Assembly: GCA_023130975.1 (NCBI GenBank)
Contig: JAGMAD010000003.1
Coordinates: 129,692 to 193,691, forward strand
Direction: 5' to 3'
DNA from: Candidatus Parcubacteria bacterium
GTDB taxonomy: Bacteria; Patescibacteriota; Minisyncoccia; Minisyncoccales; JAGMDC01
DNA: 64,000 nt
A program made the translations under genes and the position numbers. The notes under the pieces are model-generated. The model saw nothing but the letters and a program-made list of their open reading frames with translations. It was not told the origin of the DNA and searched no databases. Positions 47,823-57,048 of this stretch are shown here, piece after piece (the stretch's first letter is position 1; the number at the start of each line of letters is the position of its first letter).

Positions 47823-48455
47823 ATGATTTACGATTTTTATCAATCTAAAAAATATAAGGAGAAACAAAGCGCAATAATAAAAGAAAACTGGAGAAAGGGT
47901 CTTTTTGATTTCCATTTCAAAAGAGAAGAAAGAGTATGTGCCAGAGAGGGATGCCATAGAATTTTTAAAGTTATACCAAGCGATCCAAAGATTTATTGTA
48001 GTAAAAATTGTGCCGCGAGAGTTAATAATGTAAAGGGAGGGTCGCGGCCAGACAAGATAAAATTAAAAATAGCCAAGGCATTAAAGGGAAGGAAAAATCC
48101 TCACAAAGGAACTAAAAGAGTACCGAGAATAGAAACCATATGTGCCAATCCTAGATGTAAAAAGATATTTTTAAGAGAACCATGGGTAAATAGAAAATTT
48201 TGTAGCAATAAGTGTGTAATGGAAGTAATAAGTAGGAGACCAACTTCACCAAAAGCAGCAAGAGGAAAAGCAGGTATCCGGACAGATATTAGTAAAACAA
48301 TTTATTTTTATAGTCGTTGGGAAGCGAATGTCGCTCGTTTGTTTGAATATTTAGGTATTAAATGGATACATCAAGCAAAAACTTTTGATTTAGTTTCGCA
48401 GACATATACTCCAGATTTTTATTTACCTGAGCGCGATATTGAAAAGTTTTTATGA
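47823..48455 (+). CDS. basic zinc-ribbon protein (two CxxC...CSxxC motifs) with a truncated nuclease-like C-terminus
   Basis: CAREGCHRIF...YCSKNC and CANPRCKKIF...FCSNKC. C-terminal PDFYLPE resembles the start of a DUF559/Vsr-like fold but ends at the next gene. Confidence 0.35.
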   Translation: MIYDFYQSKKYKEKQSAIIKENWRKGLFDFHFKREERVCAREGCHRIFKVIPSDPKIYCSKNCAARVNNVKGGSRPDKIKLKIAKALKGRKNPHKGTKRVPRIETICANPRCKKIFLREPWVNRKFCSNKCVMEVISRRPTSPKAARGKAGIRTDISKTIYFYSRWEANVARLFEYLGIKWIHQAKTFDLVSQTYTPDFYLPERDIEKFL

Positions 48456-50149
48456 AACGAGTTTTACTAATTTTTCTTTTTGCCTTTATATTAGGAATTT
48501 CTGTTGATTATTTATTCTATGGGAAGCCGATTGGTATTTCCTTTTTTGTTTTTGTTTTAATTTCCCTGATTTTTTCCTTAATTTTATTTAAGAAATTTGG
48601 ACCGCAAATAACAAAGGTCCAATATGCTCTTTTAATTCCAATCACATTATTTTCAGCAATGGTCTTTTTGAGGACAAGCGGATTCTTGACTTTTTTCAAT
48701 ATTGCCGTTACTTTGTTTTTAATTTTACTTTTCTTTACCTTATTCCCAAAGAAAAATCTTTTAGGTTTTAGTTTTCAAGAGTATTTTTTCGCTCCACTTG
48801 TTTTTTTCTTAAAATCTTTTAGGAAATCAGCCAGATTTATTGAGGAATACATAGCCAAAATGCAAGCCAAGAGAAATCTGGGTTCTTCAACATTTCAAAG
48901 TGTAGTTAAGGGAATCATTATTTCTATTCCGATTTTAGCTCTTTTTATCTGGCTATTCGCTTCGGCAGATATTGTTTTTCAAAAATATTTGGACAAATTA
49001 TTAATATATCCAGATATTGAAAGTGTCCCAGAAATAATTTTGAGGATATTAATTGTGTTTCTGGCTTCTTATATTTTCATCGGTATTTTTGCCAAAGTTT
49101 TTGATAAACAAAAATCCGAAACTTTTCAATTAAAAGACAATAGCTCTAAAAAATTTTTAGGCAATATTGAAAGCTCGGTTATTTTAAGTTTGGTTTCTCT
49201 GTTGTTTTTAATTTTTATTGTTATTCAGTTTGTTTATCTTTTTGGCGGGAGAGATTATGTCTGGGGAATAGAAGAGTACATCACTTATTCTGAATATGCC
49301 AGAAAAGGATTTGGAGAGTTAATGGCTGTTTCCATAATTTCTTTTCTTTTGATTTACGCAATTGACAGATTTGCAAAAAGAGAGAATTTTAGTCAGAAAA
49401 ATCTTTTTAAAATTTTAAGCGGAATTCTTGGTTTTGAGGTTTTTATAATAATGGGTTCGGCTCTTACCCGTCTTTCTCTTTATATTGATGGTTATGGATA
49501 CACACTTTATCGTTTTTTGAGTTTTATTTTTCTTTTTTATGTTTTTTCTGTTTTTCTGTTTTTTCTTTATAAGATATTCAGAGAGAAAAAAGAAGAATTA
49601 TTTTTGTTTTCTGTATTTTGTCTGACAATTTTATTCTGGATGGGAGTGAACTTCTTAAGTCCCGATGCTTTTATTGCCAAAAGGAATATTGAAAGGTATA
49701 GTCAGGGAAAACAATTAGATTATTGGTATTTTAATAATTTATCTGCGGATGCGATTCCTGAAATAGTAAAAGTTTTTAATACACATGGAGAGGAAAAAAT
49801 AAAAATAGAAATAGCCCAGAAATTCGGTTTTAGATATGGGATTTACCCGCGTTATCTTATTTATCCTTGGGCAAGAGAGGAATACCACGAAATGTCAGGA
49901 ATTATGAAAAAAGTTGGCGAGTGGCAATCATTCAATTTAGCTGAAGAAAAAGCATTGATTGTTTTAGAAGAAAATTCTCAAGAAATTAAGAAATATTTAA
50001 TTCTTTATTGGGATAAAGAAATAGAAAGGTGCCAAGGAGATCTTGAAAAATGCGAGAGAGAAGAAAAAGGAGGATGTAATTTCATAAAAGATGATTGTGA
50101 GAAATTTCAAAAAAGGAAAATAAAATTAGAAGAATTTGATGAAGCATAA
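48452..50149 (+). CDS. large polytopic membrane protein with a C-terminal cytoplasmic Cys-rich domain
   Basis: ~12 TM helices followed by a charged tail. Confidence 0.35.
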   Translation: MKRVLLIFLFAFILGISVDYLFYGKPIGISFFVFVLISLIFSLILFKKFGPQITKVQYALLIPITLFSAMVFLRTSGFLTFFNIAVTLFLILLFFTLFPKKNLLGFSFQEYFFAPLVFFLKSFRKSARFIEEYIAKMQAKRNLGSSTFQSVVKGIIISIPILALFIWLFASADIVFQKYLDKLLIYPDIESVPEIILRILIVFLASYIFIGIFAKVFDKQKSETFQLKDNSSKKFLGNIESSVILSLVSLLFLIFIVIQFVYLFGGRDYVWGIEEYITYSEYARKGFGELMAVSIISFLLIYAIDRFAKRENFSQKNLFKILSGILGFEVFIIMGSALTRLSLYIDGYGYTLYRFLSFIFLFYVFSVFLFFLYKIFREKKEELFLFSVFCLTILFWMGVNFLSPDAFIAKRNIERYSQGKQLDYWYFNNLSADAIPEIVKVFNTHGEEKIKIEIAQKFGFRYGIYPRYLIYPWAREEYHEMSGIMKKVGEWQSFNLAEEKALIVLEENSQEIKKYLILYWDKEIERCQGDLEKCEREEKGGCNFIKDDCEKFQKRKIKLEEFDEA

Positions 50150-50152
50150 AAC

Positions 50153-50181
50153 TTGACAATGATTTTCTAAAGAGATAAGAT
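50153..50181 (+). promoter_or_regulatory. possible rRNA promoter TTGACA-17-TAAGAT
   Basis: -35 at 50153-50158, ~90 nt upstream of the 16S 5' end. Confidence 0.3.
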
Positions 50182-50283
50182 AAAGATGAAAGAAATAAGG
50201 AAAGTTCTTTGAAAATTTTTAGATTAAGAATTGAGTAAATTTAATTGGTTTTTTAGAGTTGTCCCGATTTTATTTGAGAGTTC

Positions 50284-50315
<32 letters not shown>

Positions 50316-50707
50316 GATAAGGCATGCAAGTCGAGGGGTCACCTTCGGGTGGCACCGGCAAACGGGTTAGTAACACGTGGATACATACCCTAAAGACTCG
50401 TATAACTCGGAGAAATCCGAGCTAATTCGAGATAGTCTGGTAGTCTATTTTTGGAAGTCAACTATAAGAATTTTTAATTTTCAATTTCTAATTTTTATTT
50501 AATTTCTAATTTTCAATGTTTAAAAAGCAACCCTACGGGGAATCCCGAACTTCATTCGGTCTAGAAATCATTAAAAATTTATTAAAAATTAAGAATTAGA
50601 AATTAGAAATTTTCTGCGTATTTAATAATAGATAAAGTTGATTTTTAGGAATAGGCTACCAGTAAAGGTTATACTTTGTATTTCCGCTTTGGGACTGGTC
50701 CGCGGCT

Positions 50708-50743
<36 letters not shown>

Positions 50744-52018
50744 GATGACGAGTAGGGGGCATGAGAGTGTGTTCCCCAACAATGGTACTGAGAACGGACC
50801 ATACTCCTACGGGAGGCAGCAGTCGAGAATATTGGGCAATGGGCGAAAGCCTGACCCAGCGACGCCGCGTGCGGGAAGAAGGTCTTCGGATTGTAAACCG
50901 CTTTTATTAAGGAACAATCCGCCAGTCGGCGGATGAGCGTACTTGATGAATAAGGAGCCGCTAATCACGTGCCAGAAGCGTCGGTAATACGTGAGCTCCA
51001 AGCGTTATCCGGATTTATTGGGCGTAAAGCGTCCGTAGGCGGTTTGAAAAGTCTTTGGTTAAATCCTAGGGCTTAACCTTTGGACTGTCAAAGATACTTT
51101 CAGACTAGAGGGTGTTAGAGGCTGATGGAACGGTCGGTGTAGGGGTGAAATCCGTTGATATCGACCGGAACACCGAAAGCGAAGGCATTCAGCTAGTGCA
51201 ACCCTGACGCTGAGGGACGAAAGCGTGGGTAGCGAATGGGATTAGATACCCCAGTAGTCCACGCTGTAAACTATGGACACTAGCTATTGGTAGTGTCGAC
51301 CCTATCAGTGGCGAAGCTAACGCGTTAAGTGTCCCGCCTGGGAAGTACGAGCGCAAGCTTAAAACTCAAAGGAATAGACGGGGACTCACACAAGCGGTGG
51401 ATCATGTGGCTCAATTCGACGATAAACGAAGAACCTCACCAGGGCTTGACATGCTAGTGAAATCCCGACGAAAGTTGGGACTACCCACAAGGACACTAGC
51501 ACAGGTGCTGCATGGTTGTCGTCAGCAGGTGTCGTGAGACGCTCCTTTTAATAGGGAAACCTGCGCAACCCTTGCCCTATGTTTTACTTGTCATAGGGGA
51601 CTGCCCGGGATAACTGGGAGGAAGGTGAGGATAACGCCAAATCAGCATGGCCCTTTGATGCCCTGGGCTGCACACATGATACAATGGCCGGTACAATGGG
51701 CTGCTTAACCGCAAGGCGAAGCAAATCCCTTAAAGCCGGTCCCAGTTCGGATTGAGGTCTGCAACTCGACCTCATGAAGCCGGAATCGCTAGTAATCGCC
51801 AATCAGCTATGTGGCGATGAATATGTTCCTGAGTCTTGTACTCACTGCCCGTCACACCAAGAGAGCTGGCAGTACCCGAAACCCCCCACCACTTTTCGTG
51901 AAGATATTTAGATTAAGAAGAATTTTTGAAAAAGTCTATTTTAAATTCTTTTGACGGTTTATAATTCATGAAAAGTGGTGGGGGGCTAAGGTAAGGTCAG
52001 TAATATGGGTGAAGTCGT

Positions 52019-52821
52019 AGATGTAATCTACTTGTTGCGACTCTTGAAAGGCAACTTTCAGGAAAAAACTTGGCTATATGCTGGAACATCTGTGTTATAA
52101 TAGAGTAATATGAGTAAAAGTTTATACGCAGACAATCAGCAGGGAAGTCTCCGCCAGCTGGCGGATGACCCCTCAGAGACTACACGCCGAGCCCCTCTTT
52201 CTAAAAGAGAAATTCAATCTTATTTTCTTGGAGCTATACATGATGGAACATTTAGTAGTAATCAAAGATTTCGAATTTCACAGAAAGGTACCCAATGGCT
52301 TAAATTTTTACAAAAACTTTTTGGCAAACTCGGTTACAATTCATGGATTTATAAAGAAGGTAAAAACAGAAAAGTTTATGTGTTAGAAACTTTAGCAGAT
52401 TTTTTAGATTTCAGATTTGATCCTTCGCGATTAAATACAAAAGAAGAAAAGATTGGTTACATAAAAGGATTTTTCGATGCCGAAGGTGGCATTCCTAGAG
52501 ATCACAAAGCAAGATTTTATATTCAGTTGACCCAGAATGATGAAGAAAAGCTCAAAAAATTAAAAGTAATGCTTAGTGATTTAGGAATAAAAACAGGAAA
52601 AATTCATAACCCAAGCCAAAAAGTAGATCCTGATTATTGGAGAATGTATGTTTTAGCAGGTTCACAAAAAACATTCGTAGAAAAAATAGGATCATGGCAT
52701 CCAAGAAAGATAAGAACCTTGAATCAAAGATTCAAGAACCTTGATTCCTTCGGGATTAAAAATTTTAGAAAAGAGGGTGAAGATATAGTCCATGCTCTAT
52801 AGCGATATAGGGACAAATATG
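52019..52821 (+). mobile_element. group I-type intron in the 16S gene (between E. coli-equivalent U1498 and A1499)
   Basis: The 5' exon ends ...GAAGTCGT, the intron ends with G, and the 3' exon resumes AACAAGG. The intron carries a LAGLIDADG ORF. Confidence 0.65.
52110..52802 (+). CDS. LAGLIDADG homing endonuclease (intron-encoded)
   Basis: Two LAGLIDADG-like motifs, FLGAIHDGTF and IKGFFDAEGGI. Confidence 0.7.
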   Translation: MSKSLYADNQQGSLRQLADDPSETTRRAPLSKREIQSYFLGAIHDGTFSSNQRFRISQKGTQWLKFLQKLFGKLGYNSWIYKEGKNRKVYVLETLADFLDFRFDPSRLNTKEEKIGYIKGFFDAEGGIPRDHKARFYIQLTQNDEEKLKKLKVMLSDLGIKTGKIHNPSQKVDPDYWRMYVLAGSQKTFVEKIGSWHPRKIRTLNQRFKNLDSFGIKNFRKEGEDIVHAL

Positions 52822-53015
52822 AACAAGGCATGCGTAGCGGAAGCTGTGCATGGATCATTACATTCTAAAAGTGTTGACTAAAGTTGAAGAGCGAGAATTC
52901 TCTCTTTAACTTTAAGGTATTAATCGAACACCTTAAAGATCGATTTCCTTCTTCGCCTCGCTACGCGAGGTCTCGGAGGACAAACTCGGGACAACTCTAA
53001 GAAACTTCGTAAGAA

Positions 53016-53052
53016 CCCCGCCTGTCCTAATAGACAGGCGGGGCTATTTTTG
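53016..53052 (+). terminator. intrinsic terminator after the 16S gene
   Basis: ccccgcctgtc-ctaata-gacaggcgggg followed by CTATTTTT. Confidence 0.6.
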
Positions 53053-53061
53053 ATAAAATAA

Positions 53062-53327
53062 GGGTGCGGAGTTCGAACCAGAATCAATTTAGCGGAGCGA
53101 ATTTTATTCAGATTCAAGGCGCGAGGAGCGTAATGTATCCAAAGGATACATAAGCGACGAGCAACAAAGAATCTGGATAAAATTCTCCCGTCCAAAGGGA
53201 AGCGAAATAATGGCTGATTTCTTTGTCGCTCCTTCTTGAAGTATTAGTAATACTCCTTCGTCGTCGCTTCTTGAAATCAGCTCTTTATTTCGCTTCTAAA
53301 CTTGATTCTGGTTCGAACTCCTCACCC
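53062..53327. repeat. structured ~265-bp element bounded by 26-bp inverted repeats in the alaS leader
   Basis: GGGTGCGGAGTTCGAACCAGAATCAA at 53062-53087 pairs with TTGATTCTGGTTCGAACTCCTCACCC at 53302-53327. Several internal hairpins are present. Confidence 0.5.
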
Positions 53328-53333
53328 TCAATT

Positions 53334-55136
53334 ATGAAATCCTCTGAACTTCGGAAAAAATTTTTAGATTTTTTTAAAAAAAACAGGCATATCATTACTC
53401 CCTCAAGCCCCCTTTTACCTTCTGATTCTACGGTTCTATTTACTACGGCTGGAATGCAGCAGTTTTCCCAATACTTGGCTGGAGAGAAAGATCCTTTAAA
53501 AGATTTCAAAACCAGACATTTAACTGATTGTCAGAAATGTTTTCGCAGCGATGATATTGAAGAAGTAGGAGATGATACGCATAATACCTTTTTTGAGATG
53601 TTGGGAAACTGGTCAATTGGCCAGGATGAGAAAGGAAATTATTTTAAACAAGGAGCAATTAAATATGCTTTGGAATTTTTAATAAATGAACTCAAGTTAG
53701 ATAAAAATAGATTTTATATCACTATTTTTCGAGGCGATAAAGAAATTTCCAGAGATAATGAGTCAGAAAAAATCTGGCAGAAATACGATATTTCCAAAGA
53801 GAGAATCAAAGAGTTTGGAGAAGAAGATAATCTCTGGGGGCCAGTAGGAGAAGTTGGTGTTTGTGGCCCAAATTCGGAGATTCACTATGATAGAGGAAAA
53901 GAATTTGGTTGTGGTAGAAAAGATTGTGGCCCTAATTGTCCTTATTGTAAAAGAATTGTAGAGATATGGAATCTTGTTTTTATCCAGTATTATAAAGATG
54001 AAAATGGAAATTTTCAGAAGCTTTCTCAAAAGAGCGTAGATACTGGAATGGGTTTTGAAAGAGTTTTAGCAATTTTAGAAAACAAACCTTCAGCTTATGA
54101 AACTGATTTATTTTTACCTATTATTCAGGAAATAGAAAAACTTTGTTCTAAAAAATATGAAGAAAACAAGAAAACTTTCAGAATAATAGCGGATCATATT
54201 CGGGGCTCTGTTTTTTTAATCAGCGAAGGATTTTTTCCCTCTAATGTAGAGCAAGGATATGTTTTAAGGCGGATTTTGAGAAGAGCTATCCGTTATGGTA
54301 AAATAATAGAAGCAAAGCCAGGATTTTTAATTCCCTTAGCAAATAAAACCATTGAGATTTATAAAAATATTTATCCCGAAGTTTTTTCCAAGCAAGCAGA
54401 TATTTTAACTGTTATTCAAAAAGAAGAAGAAAAATTTGAAAAGACATTAGAAAAAGGACTAAAAGAATTTAAAGCTCAAAGCTCAAAGCTCAAAGTTCAA
54501 AACCACAACTTAAAACTCAAAACTATTTCAGGTAAAGTTGCTTTTAACTTATATCAGAGTTTCGGTTTTCCTTTAGAAATGACAAAAGAGATGGCTAAAG
54601 GAGAAGGTTTAGAAGTGGATGAGAGAGAATTTCAGGAAGAATTAAAAAAACACCAAGAGATTTCCCGGGCTGGTAAAGAAAAAAAGTTTGGCGGCGGAGG
54701 CAAGTTTTCGCCAAAACTCCATACTGCTACTCATCTTCTTCATGGTGCTTTAAGAGAAATTCTGGGGCAAAAAGTCAAACAAATGGGTTCTGATATTACT
54801 TCAGAGAGATTAAGGTTTGATTTTTCTTTTGAAAGGAAATTATCTTCAGAAGAGCTCAAAAAAGTTGAGGACTTAGTTAATAAAAAAATAAAAGAAGATT
54901 TAGAAATTAAACAAGAAGAAATGTCTTTAAGGCAAGCATTAAACTCAGGTTCCTTGGCTTTTTTCAAGGAAAAATACCCTAAAAAAGTAACCGTTTATTC
55001 AATCAATAGTTTTTCTAAAGAAATCTGCGCTGGTCCTCATGTAAAAAGAACTGGAGAATTGGGAAAATTTAAAATTATAAAAGAAGAATCAAGCAGTAGC
55101 GGCATTAGAAGAATAAAAGCCATTCTTGAGAAATAA
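53334..55136 (+). CDS. alaS: alanyl-tRNA synthetase lacking the C-terminal C-Ala domain
   Basis: MKSSELRKKFLDFFKKNRHIITPSSPL...FTTAGM and an editing domain with HTATHLLH and CAGPHV. Start placed at the ATG at 53334. Confidence 0.85.
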   Translation: MKSSELRKKFLDFFKKNRHIITPSSPLLPSDSTVLFTTAGMQQFSQYLAGEKDPLKDFKTRHLTDCQKCFRSDDIEEVGDDTHNTFFEMLGNWSIGQDEKGNYFKQGAIKYALEFLINELKLDKNRFYITIFRGDKEISRDNESEKIWQKYDISKERIKEFGEEDNLWGPVGEVGVCGPNSEIHYDRGKEFGCGRKDCGPNCPYCKRIVEIWNLVFIQYYKDENGNFQKLSQKSVDTGMGFERVLAILENKPSAYETDLFLPIIQEIEKLCSKKYEENKKTFRIIADHIRGSVFLISEGFFPSNVEQGYVLRRILRRAIRYGKIIEAKPGFLIPLANKTIEIYKNIYPEVFSKQADILTVIQKEEEKFEKTLEKGLKEFKAQSSKLKVQNHNLKLKTISGKVAFNLYQSFGFPLEMTKEMAKGEGLEVDEREFQEELKKHQEISRAGKEKKFGGGGKFSPKLHTATHLLHGALREILGQKVKQMGSDITSERLRFDFSFERKLSSEELKKVEDLVNKKIKEDLEIKQEEMSLRQALNSGSLAFFKEKYPKKVTVYSINSFSKEICAGPHVKRTGELGKFKIIKEESSSSGIRRIKAILEK

Positions 55137-55141
55137 AAATT

Positions 55142-56377
55142 ATGAAAAAGATATTTGATATTATTCCTCCTAAAAAAAATAATTTAAATAATTCTTTATT
55201 TAAACAAAAAGAGGAATTCTTTAAACGAGAAAAGAAAAATATTTCTTTTCCTAAAAAGAAAGCCATTTTCTTATTGTTTGCCTTTGTTTTTTCAGGTATC
55301 TTTGTCCATTTTGCTTTTTCTAAAGCAGAGATAAAAATTTGGCCAGAAACAAAATCATTAAGTTTTGAAGATGAAGTTGCTGTAAATTCACAAATTACAA
55401 ATCTGGATTTTTCAAGCAGTACCATTCCAGGAAAAATTATTGAAGAAGAAAAAGAAATTAATCAGCAATTTCCAGCTACTGGTTCTGTTTCCAAAAAAGC
55501 CAGAGGCATTATTCAGATTTATAATGCTTATTCTACTTCTTCCCAGGTTTTAGTGGCAACAACAAGGTTTGTTTCTGCTTCGGGAAAACTATTCCGCACT
55601 CCAAAAAAAGTTAGAATACCTGGTGGTCATTATGAAAGAGGAAAGTTAGTTCCGGGCCAGATTGATATTGAGGTAATTGCTGATCAACCTGGTGAAGATT
55701 ATAATATTGAACCAACTACTTTTTCTATCCCTGGCTTTGCCGGTCATGCAAAGTTCACTTTCTTTTATGCTAAATCATTTTCTCCTATGACAGGCGGAGG
55801 CACAGTTGCCCAAATTACTGAAAAAGATTTAGAAAATGCTGAAAAAGTTTTATTAGACAGTTTAAAAAGAGTAGCTAAGGACTCTTTATTAATGAAGGCG
55901 GAAGAGAAGTTTATTTTATTAGATAAAACCTTAAAGCAGGAAGTTCAAGAATCGTCTTCATCAATTGAAGCTGGAAGAGAAGCAGAGAATTTTAATTATA
56001 AAGTTAGAATAAAATCAAAGGCATTAGTGTTTAAGGAACAGAATCTTAAAGATTTTGCTAAAAGCTATATTACCTCTCAAATTGAAGAAGATAAGAAATT
56101 ATATGAGGAAAGTGTTGAACTCAATTATTTTGCTAAAAAAATTGACTTAGAATCCGGTAAAATAAACCTTTTCTTAGAATTTTCCTGTAAGATTTATCCT
56201 GACATTGATGTTTTGTCTTTTAAAAGGGCTTTGAGTAATAAGTTGTTGAATGAAGCAAAAATACTTTTAGAGAACCAATCAGGGATTACTTCTTTCCAAA
56301 TAGAACTCTATCCCTTTTGGCTTAAAAAAGTTCCAGAAAATATAGATAAAATTAACATTGAAATTAAACTTGACTGA
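55142..56377 (+). CDS. hypothetical secreted/membrane-anchored protein
   Basis: N-terminal TM helix; 411 aa with no motif found. Confidence 0.3.
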   Translation: MKKIFDIIPPKKNNLNNSLFKQKEEFFKREKKNISFPKKKAIFLLFAFVFSGIFVHFAFSKAEIKIWPETKSLSFEDEVAVNSQITNLDFSSSTIPGKIIEEEKEINQQFPATGSVSKKARGIIQIYNAYSTSSQVLVATTRFVSASGKLFRTPKKVRIPGGHYERGKLVPGQIDIEVIADQPGEDYNIEPTTFSIPGFAGHAKFTFFYAKSFSPMTGGGTVAQITEKDLENAEKVLLDSLKRVAKDSLLMKAEEKFILLDKTLKQEVQESSSSIEAGREAENFNYKVRIKSKALVFKEQNLKDFAKSYITSQIEEDKKLYEESVELNYFAKKIDLESGKINLFLEFSCKIYPDIDVLSFKRALSNKLLNEAKILLENQSGITSFQIELYPFWLKKVPENIDKINIEIKLD

Positions 56378-56407
56378 TCTTAAGAAATTTGTTAATCTTA
56401 AACCCAG

Positions 56408-56515
56408 ATGGGAGATTTAAATAATAAAAATTCAAATAAAATAAGAACCTGCTTCGCAGAACCTTGTTTTCTCAAATGAGAGATTCAAATAGCAAAAATT
56501 CAGATAAAATAAGAA
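56408..56515 (+). repeat. duplicated infA start region flanking an AGAACCTTG-family unit
   Basis: ATGgGAGATTtAAATAatAAAAATTCAaATAAAATAAGAA (56408-56447) versus ATGaGAGATTcAAATAgcAAAAATTCAgATAAAATAAGAA (56476-56515). The unit CCTGCTTCGCAGAACCTTG lies between them. Confidence 0.65.
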
Positions 56516-56709
56516 AGGAGGGAATAGTTTTAGAAACTCTGCCTAGTTTAAAATTTAAAGTGAGGTTAGATGATGGAAAGGAAATATTAGCCCATTTAGC
56601 CGGTCGGTTGCGTATGTACAGAATTAAAGTTTTAGCTGGAGATAAAGTCACTGTAGAAATGACTCCTTATGACGAAAATAGAGGCAGGATTGTCTATCGG
56701 GGAAAATAG
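56476..56709 (+). CDS. infA: translation initiation factor IF-1
   Basis: [51 protein letters not shown]1-fold. Start chosen at the second (non-disrupted) start copy. Confidence 0.8.
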   Translation: MRDSNSKNSDKIRKEGIVLETLPSLKFKVRLDDGKEILAHLAGRLRMYRIKVLAGDKVTVEMTPYDENRGRIVYRGK

Positions 56710-56809
56710 ATAATAGATAATGGATTATAGAGCTTGATTTTTTTATTTACCAAGGTATTTTTTAAAGGATTATCGATAATCTAAAATCCAGTATCTAATA
56801 TCCAATTTT

Positions 56810-56926
56810 ATGAAAGTTAGGGCATCAGTGAAAAAAATGTGTAAAGATTGTAAAGTCGTCCGAAGAAAAGGACGAGTTTATATTATTTGTAAGAAAAATC
56901 CAAAGCATAAACAGAGACAGGGCTAA
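56810..56926 (+). CDS. rpmJ: 50S ribosomal protein L36 (38 aa)
   Basis: [38 protein letters not shown]. Confidence 0.8.
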   Translation: MKVRASVKKMCKDCKVVRRKGRVYIICKKNPKHKQRQG

Positions 56927-57048
56927 CCTTTTGCTTCGCAAAAGGAATTTCTAATTTCTAATTTCCAATCAATTTCTAATTTTCATTGAAAATTCTAAAA
57001 TTGAAAATTTAATGAAAATTGAAAATTGAAAATTGAAAATTAAATTTT
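56927..57048. repeat. terminator-like hairpin plus heptamer spacer: (AATTTCT)n then (ATTGAAA)n
   Basis: ccttttgc-ttcg-caaaagg followed by 7-bp periodic repeats. Confidence 0.55.

Noticed and set aside
50745-51802. Small ORFs inside the 16S gene (50745-50936 +, 50807-51001 -, 51584-51802 -)
   Set aside because: They lie within highly conserved rRNA sequence and are artefacts of ORF calling.
53062-53327. T-box riboswitch upstream of alaS
   Set aside because: Only a weak resemblance to the T-box motif (AATAAGGGTG) is present. No terminator/antiterminator pair, specifier-loop context or U-run is recognisable. It is kept only as an unexplained structured element.
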